Positions 55,432-64,000 of a stretch of 64,000 bases of DNA are shown piece by piece. Source of the stretch: the human T2T-CHM13v2.0 reference genome, Homo sapiens; NCBI RefSeq assembly GCF_009914755.1, contig NC_060941.1; one strand, given 5' to 3'. Position 1 is the stretch's first letter. Each line of letters opens with the position of its first letter. A program made the position numbers and the translations under genes. The notes beneath the pieces were generated by a model. That model was not told where the DNA came from. It did not search any database and worked only from the letters and a program-made list of their open reading frames with translations.

Positions 55432-57897
55432 TGTCATAGATCATTTTCTGCTTCTTGTAATAAAATACCTAAAATTTGGTAATTTATAAAGAAAATGAAC
55501 TTATTTCTCACAGTTATAGAGGATGAGAAGTCCAAGGTCAAGTGTCCACATTAGATGAGAACCTTCTTGCTCATGGGGGCTCTCCGGCATTCCAAGACCG
55601 CAGAGTCTCACATGGCGAGGGGGCTGAGCATGCCACCATGCTACCTCACATATCTCTTTTCTTATAAGGCCACCGGTTCCCCTCCTTCGATAACCCATTA
55701 ATCCATAAGTAGATTATTAATGAGAGCTGAATCTTAATGATCCAATCACCTCTTGAAGGTTCTTCCTCTCAATACTACCACATTGAAAATTAAATTTCAA
55801 TAATAAAATAAAAAAATAAAAAAATAAAATTTCAACAGCGTTTTGGAGGGGACAAATATCCTAACCATAGCATTCTGCCCCCTGGCTCCACAAAATTCAC
55901 ATCTTTCTCACATACAAATATATTTATCCCCTCCCCAAATAAGTTTAAGCTCCAAATCTTTACTCATTTCAGCAGCAACTCAAAAATCCCGAGTCCAAAA
56001 TCTCATCTATGAGCCTGTGAAATCAACACAAATGATCTGCTTACAAGCACAGGGCACACATTTCCTTTCCAAAAGTGAGAAATAGGCAAGAATAAAGGGG
56101 TAAAGGGGTAACAGGCACCAAGGAAGTTCAAAAATGAAGAGAGCAGGCATTGGGTCTTAAGAGTCTAGAGTAGACTATTTGACTCTACATCTAGAATTAG
56201 CTATACGCTGATGTGCAGCTGGGGACTAAGACCTTGGACAACTCTACCTCTATGGCTTGGCTGGGCTCAGCTCTTCCTTCCAGGGGAGCATTGCACACTG
56301 GCAGCTCTGTAGTTCTGTGGTCTTGATGGTTGTCCTATTCTCACAGCTCCAGTAGGCATTTCCCTAGTGGGAACTCTGCAGCAATACCAACTTCACATTT
56401 CTGCATAGCATTGCTCTAGTGGGGGCTTTCTGCAGTGGCTCCACCCCTGTAACAAATCTCTGTCTGGGCCTCCATTAGTGACATCCTTTGAAATACGTGT
56501 GGAGGCTGCCAAGCCTCCACAACTCTTCCTTTCTGCAAGCCCGCAGAATTAGCACCACGTGGATGCTGCCAAGGTTTACAACTTGTACCTTTGGAGCAGT
56601 GAGTTGACTCATATCTTGGGCTGATTGAGCCACAGCTGCGGTGGCCAAGGAGCCCTATGCTAGAATGCAGAAAGCAGAGACCTCAAGGGTCCCTGGCTAA
56701 CAGCCCATGAAAGGCATTCTGGGTCTGTTCCCTGAAAGTACTCTGCCCTCTCGGGTCTCTGGGCCTCTGATGGGGGCAGCCTCAAAGATCTCTGAAATGC
56801 CTTTGGGGTCTTTCATTTTCTTGATGGTCCCTTCTCTCTGTACTAATCTCTTTAGCAAAAGGTTGCTGGGTCACACCTTCAGTTTCCTATCTTGAACATG
56901 CTTTTTTTACTTTTCACACAACCAGGCTGAGAGTTTTCCAAATCTTTCTGCTATGCTTCCTTTTTGATTATAAATTTTCTTTTTAAATTATTCCTTTTTT
57001 CCCTAATCTCTGTGTAAGTGGCCAAAAGTAACCATGCAGCTCCTACCATAATTTACTTTAAAATTTCTTCTGTAATACCCTAGTTCATCACTATCAAGTT
57101 CAGCCTTCCACAAAGCCCTTGGGTGTGAACAGTTCAGGCAACTTTTTTTTCCCTTATTTATAACAAAAATGGTCTTTCCAATACCTTGCACCTCAGTTTC
57201 ATCAAAACCTTATCAAAATGTCCTTTACCATTCACATTTCTGTCAGCATTCTGGTCATGACTACTTAACTGATCTCCAGGGAGTTCCAAGCTTCCCCTAG
57301 AGTTTTTGTCCTCTAAGTCCTCACAAGAATCTAGGCTTTTTAAGGTCTTGTCCTCCAAATTCTTCCAACCTCTGCCTATTAGTTCCTACCCAGTTCCAAA
57401 GCTGTTTCCATATTTTCAAGCATTCATTATCAGCAACACCCCACTCCAGGTACAAATTTTTAATCTTAGTCTGTTTTCTCTTGTTTATAAGGGAATATCT
57501 GAAACAGGGTAATTTATAAAGAGAAGCGATTTATTTCTTATAGTTATGGAGACTGAGAAGTCCAAAGTCAAAGGCTTTTATCTACTAAGAACTTTCTTTC
57601 TCATGAGGAATGTCTACAGTAGAGTCCAAACACAATGTAGAGTATCACATGCAAAGGGGCTTAGTGTGCTAACATGCTAGTTCAGATCACTCTTCCTCTC
57701 TTTATAAAGCTATCAGTTACCCTCCTATGATAACCCATTAATCTATTAATCTATGAGTGGATTAGTCCATTAATCCACATGAGGGACAAGCTCTCATGAT
57801 CCAGTCACCTCATAAAGGTCCCACCTCTCAATATTGCCACACTGGGGATTAAATTTCAGCATGAGTCTTGGAGGGGACAAATATGCAAATTGTAGCA
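55432..57897 (-). mobile_element. Two-LTR MaLR provirus (MSTC-like): 3' LTR 55432-55872, internal, 5' LTR 57462-57897
   Basis: Homologous LTRs ending ggaggggacaaatat...tagca; PPT (reverse of ttctgccccctgg) next to 55872; MST-int-like interior; TSD gtggt/gtagt. Confidence 0.85.
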
Positions 57898-57902
57898 GTA
57901 GT

Positions 57903-58340
57903 AAACCACTGTGAATCTAACCAAACAGTGGACCCATCTGCAGCTGCTTTTTTAGTGTTCCTGTATCTTTGCTGGAACAGATCAATGCAGGCTTATGCTC
58001 TTGTGCAGCTATTGATATGACAGATGCCTTTTTCAATATCCATCAAAAAAGAGAATAAAAAGCAGTTTGCATTCACCACAAATATACATTCATAGTCTCA
58101 TCACAGGGCTATGATAACTCTCATTTCCTCTGACACAACATAGTCCAAAGGGACTTTGTCTCAAAATTTCATAAAACATTATAGTGGTACACTATATTGA
58201 TCATATCATAAAAATCAGAAATGATAAGCAGGTAGTATATAGTACTTTGGATATCCTAGTAAAATAAAAATGTACCAGTGGGTAGAACATAAATCTTACA
58301 AAGAATAAGGGACCTGCCACGTTGGTAATCATTATAGAGA
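57903..58340 (+). pseudogene. Decayed retroviral reverse transcriptase segment
   Basis: Frameshifted RT motifs; catalytic YIDD reads YIDH at 58193-58204. Confidence 0.75.
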
Positions 58341-58344
58341 CTCA

Positions 58345-58525
58345 GTGATCTCAACTGCGCTACCCAATGTGTGTGTGATCCATTGGCAACACTTTGGAGA
58401 TCATTAGGAATGAAAATTCTCAGGCTTCCTTCCAGTTCTACTGAACCAAAGTCTCTGGAGGAGATGCTGAGGAATCTGAATTTAACAAGCCCCTCAGATG
58501 ATTCCTTTGCCGCTAAGGTTTGTGT
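58345..58525. mobile_element. MER5A-like fragment
   Basis: aaaattctcaggc...ctactgaaccaaagtctctgg...gaatctgaatttaacaagcccctcagatgattc. Confidence 0.7.
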
Positions 58526-58891
58526 TTTAATTGGGGCCAAGAGAAAGAAAGGTTCAGACTGTGTTACATTCAGCCTTGCCACATGGACGCTATCATGGAG
58601 CAGATCTTACAATGCTGAAAGTATCCATGGTAGATAAGGTGCCACGTGGAATACCTGACAAGCTCTGATAGGAGACTTGCAGTGCAGAGCCTGACGGTTC
58701 TGGAGTAAGGTCATGATATATACAGCAGAGAACCATTTACATTTCAAAACAAAAAACATTCCTACCTGCTTTGGGGACCAAGGAGAGACAGAGCACCTGT
58801 TCATGTGACATTAAATGACTTTTAAACTGTAGCTGTAGCTGCCCATTATAACCTGGGTATTGTCAGACCTATCCATCATAAATTCATGTAT

Positions 58892-59679
<788 letters not shown>

Positions 59680-59809
59680 AGTGAACATGAGAGTGATTTG
59701 TGATGGAAATGGAATATTTGGAATGGTTCTTAAGAAGGTCCAGGAAGTATAAATTACATAAGCAGGTAGCCCAGATTCCCAAGTTACCCACCCCTTTTGT
59801 GTTGATGTA

Positions 59810-60178
59810 TGTCTTTGTTCATTTGGTTTGCTATAACAGAATACCATAGACTGGGTGGTTTATAAACAATAAACATTTATTTCTCACAGATCTGGTTGCT
59901 GGAAAGTCCAGGATCAAGGTGCCAGCAGATGTGGTGTCTGGTGAAGGTCCACTTCCTGCTTTATAGACAGCACCTTCTTGCTGTTTCTTCACACGGGAGA
60001 GGAAGAAAGAAAGCTCTCTGGGCCCTCTTTGATAAGGGCACTAATCCTATTTATGAGGGCTCTGCCATCATGACCTATTCACCTCCCAAAGACCCCACTT
60101 CCAAATACCATCACACTGGGGATTAGGTTTCAACATATGAATTTGAGGGAGGGGGGCACAAATGTTCAGTCTGTAGCA
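59810..60178 (-). mobile_element. MaLR LTR MLT1A0
   Basis: ataccatagactgggtggtttataaacaa...ggattaggtttcaacatatgaattt; perfect TSD atgta. Confidence 0.9.
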
Positions 60179-61329
60179 ATGTATTTCCATCAACTCACAA
60201 GTGCAGCTTCATGGTGAGGTCCCTATAACTAGCTGTCAGAAGAGGAAACAAACCCAGGCTTGATTCATCAAAGGATTGGCTCAACATGTTGGCATAGGCA
60301 GAAAAGAGAGTGCTACCACATTATAACCCAACAGAGGGGTGGCTCCAGAATAATGTGATGAGTAAAAGCCTCTTGGGTAGCGCTTACAGCATTGCACCAA
60401 ACCATCAACTTTGTGTGGCAAGAGAAGTGGCTGATCTGAAATATACAGATTCCTTGGTGGTAGAAAATGCCTTGGCTGATTGTCAGGGGCTAGACTTGAA
60501 AAATATATACAAGAAGTCAGGGAAAGAGAAGGGGCATATGGATGGTCACATGGGAGTGGACACAAAGCATGTTAGTCCTGTGTCTCATGTCACTGACAAC
60601 TAGAAAGCACCTGCCACCAACAAGCACCTGGCACTGAAACACCAAGTGAATGGGATGACGTGTGGATTTCAGCCAGCCTTGATCCTCCATCACCCAGTGC
60701 CTACAAAATAAGCCCAGCAGACATAAAGAAGGGTATTCATGGACCCCACAGCACAGGCTTCTGATCACCAAGGCTGAACTAGCTACCACTGCTGCTGAGT
60801 ATTCTGGCTTGAGAGCAGCAGAACCCAGCACTGAGCCTGGGTTTTTGGACCAACTACCAGTAGATGTCAAGTTGATTAATCAGACCATTCTTTCCTGAAG
60901 AGGGCAATTATTCATTTTAATTAGGATTGCTACATATTCTGGGTATGGATTTGCCTTTCTGTCCACAATGCTTCTGCAAGCACCACTATCCACTGGCTCC
61001 TAGAATGTCTGATTTTCCAACATGGTATCCTGAATAAGAAAACCTAGGGGCCAAAAGCCACCTTTGGGCAAAGGAGTTGTGACAATGGGCTCTACTGGTT
61101 TCATCATATGCTGCTTCATCCACAAGTGGCTGATCTAGTAGAATATTGGGATGACCTCTTAAAGTTAAGCTAAGGCACCAGTTTATGAATAATACACCAA
61201 AAATGCTTCAAGAGGTAATATACACTTGGGTCCAGAATTCAAGAGGTGAAAGAAGGATTGGATTTCTCAACACTACTGCAGGAACCCAGCTAGATAAATT
61301 GTACTTCCTGTCCCCACAATTTTAGGCTC

Positions 61330-61560
61330 TTCTAGGCTACAGATACTGGCTACTAGTGTGGAGGGGATAGTTACACCAGGAGACATCGTAAGTGTTCCAC
61401 TGAACTTAAAGCTGTGGCTGATATCTGTCTCTTTGGGGCTCTTCAAGTCGGATTATCAAACAATCAAAGGGATTCCTGTATTGGCAGGGATAATTGATCA
61501 CGATTATTATGAGGAGATAGACAGCAGGAGGAATTGTTTGGGGCCCGGATGATTCACTGG
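61330..61560 (+). pseudogene. Decayed ERV-L dUTPase
   Basis: ORF 61358-61552 has PGDIVSVPLNLKL...KGIPVLAGIIDHDYYEEI, matching dUTPase motif 3 (GVIDxDYxGEI); lies after IN as in ERV-L. Confidence 0.8.
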
Positions 61561-61890
61561 GGTACCTCTGGGTGCTTTTATGCCTGGTGATGGTCATGAA
61601 CTGGGCAATTATAACAACCAAGAAAGCTTTTCAAGGGTCCAGTAAATCAGGACCTCAGACCCTTCAGGCATGAGGTGCTGGCTGAGGCTGAAGACGCTAC
61701 CTCTTATCCAGAATAAAACATAGAGGAAGGAGATGCTGGATCAGGACCAATCACAGCAGCAGAGGGTATAGTCTGTTCCACCAATCCTTTCATTGTAAGT
61801 CCTTTTTTTAAAAATTGTGATGACAACTTCCTTGATGAAGCAGTGCCAAGACAGAATGAATATGGGATCTGAGCGGTGTCAGGAGTGAAC

Positions 61891-62330
61891 TCTAGCAGAG
61901 GCTGTGTTTTCTGCTCATGTCCTCTTGGCACTGACCTTTCCAACAGCGTCCTACAGCAAGCACTGGTAACTCTCCACCTATGAGCTATCTCTTAATCTAC
62001 TTAGTGCACAAAGGTGTATGGGAGTTTCCACTTCCAGGAGCAGCCCTCAGCCAATGACAGATGAGTGCTGGATACATACCCTTGCTTTCTTGTTCTCACG
62101 TGGGATAATTCTGAGGCATGATTCATACCTTCTCTCAGATGTCCCTAATGGGGCTGAGTCCTGGGTGCCCACGGAGATATCCTGCTCATTAGTGTGCGCT
62201 GTATCACTTTCTCCAACTCCTGTCTCACATCCTTCCCTACCAGTGCTTCCAGGGACCACTTGCCAAATAAGCCACAGGTATTCAAGGCCTTGTCACAAGA
62301 TCTGATTCTGGGAAAATCTAACCTAAGATT
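61891..62330 (+). mobile_element. 3' LTR, LTR16A/C-like
   Basis: ggagcagccctcagccaatgac...gggataattctgaggcatg...tgcttccagggaccacttgccaaataa...aacctaaga. Confidence 0.82.
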
Positions 62331-62996
62331 CACATCTCTTAAGCACTGCCTTGGGGGACCCATGATTACTAAAAGTAATATTCATCTCAAAATTACTTAA
62401 CATTTAAAATATATATACATATTCATTCAATGTCCAAGTAGAACAGAATTATTTTTTTCTCATAGTGTGTCAGACAGAGAGTAGACTGTGCACTGTTGTG
62501 TGTTTCACTAATAAGTGCTGAAAGGAGATACTGACTTTTCTCAGGTTGAATGTTGTTCCACTTGATCTCTCTTTCTGCCACTGTTTCAAGTTACAGTAAA
62601 TAGCTTTGACCCACAGTGGCTTACAAAAGGCACAAAAGAAAGCCTGCTCCAAAAGTGCCAGGAAAAGAAGCATAGTATAGGTTTTATGCAAATGCCAAGG
62701 TGGCTCCAGTTTCCTTGAAGGAAATTAAGAAGGAATCAGAGTGGTATAAAATTTAGCAAGAAATAAGAGGCTGGTAGTCATGCTTTGACATGATGAAGGT
62801 ATTATATGCATAGTTGTGGAATATAGGAACCTACAGCCAGAGCCATGTCTTGACTTTGGGGAATGTAAAGGGAAAAGAAAAGACTTTGCAACAGACTGAC
62901 TATTAGGAGCACATTTCACAGGAGCCTATGCTATAGTAATCCCCCCAAATGAGGTTCCATTCCAAGAAATAGACCGCCTGCATTCAATGGAATAAA

Positions 62997-63029
62997 TGTG
63001 TGTGTGTGTGTGAGTGTGTGTGTGTGTGT
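62997..63029. repeat. (GT)n microsatellite
   Basis: GT run with one GA interruption. Confidence 0.9.
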
Positions 63030-63439
63030 AAGTATCCATTCAGACAGAAAGTGTTCTATATCTGTATGTGCTGACATGGAATGAGGTATAACATAAGTGT
63101 TCATATGTCTATTTATTAGAAGCAAATTTTGTTTAAAAATAACCTTTTTACAGAAAAAATAGTGTTCAGTGGAATATGCTGGGTCCAAGCTCTTAGTAAT
63201 AAACATAAGAGAACTACTAGCTTGTGCATTCAACCTCCTTTATAATTCTGCCACCCTTACAACAAAGTTTTGGGCCATATCGTCAGCACAGGTTGCTTGT
63301 AGGAGATGAGGGTCTCTTTCAATGCTACCATGGATACTTTCTGACATTCTTACCATGCCCTGAATTCATCACTGGTTGACCTGCATCAGTTATTTTATTG
63401 TATATCAGTAAACAACATCCAGCTCTACAACCTTTAAAA

Positions 63440-64000
63440 TTTTTTTTTAATTTTACTATTATTATACTTTAAGTTTTAGGGTACATGTGCACAACGTGCA
63501 GGTTTGTTACATATGTATACATGTGCCATGTTGGTGTGCTGCACCCACTGACTCGTCATTTACATTAGGTATATCTCCTAATGCTATCCCTCCTCCGTCC
63601 CCCACCCCACAACAGGCCCCAGTGTGTGATGTTCCCCTTCCTGTGTCCATATGTTCTCATTGTTCAATTCCCACCTATGAGTGAGAACATGCAGTGTTTG
63701 GTTTTTTGTCCTTGCGATAGTTTGCTGAGAATGATGGTTTCCAGCTTCATCCATGTCCCTACAAAGGACATGAACTCATCATTTTTTATGGCTGCATAGT
63801 ATTCCATGGTGTATATGTGCCACATTTTCTTAATCCAGTCTATCATTGTTGGACATTTTGGGTTGGTTCCAAGTCTTTGCTATTGTGAATAGTGCCACAG
63901 TAAACATACATGTGCATGTGTCTTTATAGCAGCATGACTTATAATCCTTTGGGTATATACCCAGTAATGGGATGGCACTCATGGGTAGGAAGAATCAATA
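63440..64000 (-). mobile_element. L1PA4/5-like 3' end with 5' inversion junction at ~63977
   Basis: Reverse 3' UTR and ORF2 end to 63976, then sense-strand ORF2 ctcatgggtaggaagaatcaata. Confidence 0.93.

Overview
This is primate, almost certainly human, genomic DNA: it carries an AluYa5 with all five diagnostic bases. It is mostly interspersed repeats. I found no supportable protein-coding exon, RNA gene, CpG island or CRISPR array, and the listed ORFs are chance frames or Alu/L1/ERV-derived. The window holds about 20 Alus, L1 (PA/PB/MA/MB/older), L2, MIR, DNA transposon relics (MER5, MER47A, MER53) and many LTRs (MER4D, LTR8-like, LTR10C, MER21, MLT2A2, THE1D, MST, MLT1). Two heavily nested regions dominate. 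At ~39.8-44.1 kb a MIR contains an L1MB, which contains an L1PA16-like fragment, which contains an LTR10C; an AluY and an MLT2A2 also sit in the L1MB. At ~53.2-62.3 kb a decayed ERV-L-class provirus (ERV3-16A3/LTR16-like: gag, RT, RNaseH, IN, dUTPase, 3' LTR) is split by a two-LTR MST provirus and other inserts. The best leads are a young, possibly polymorphic AluYa5; a THE1D LTR with a perfect DUX4 motif and splice donor but no poly(A) signal; two templated self-duplications inside old L1s; two orphan poly(A) insertions; a twin-priming L1 inversion junction at the right edge; and a phased Maf/CRE motif triplet. I cannot demonstrate a new biological system. Subfamily names come from remembered consensus sequences and need RepeatMasker/Dfam confirmation.
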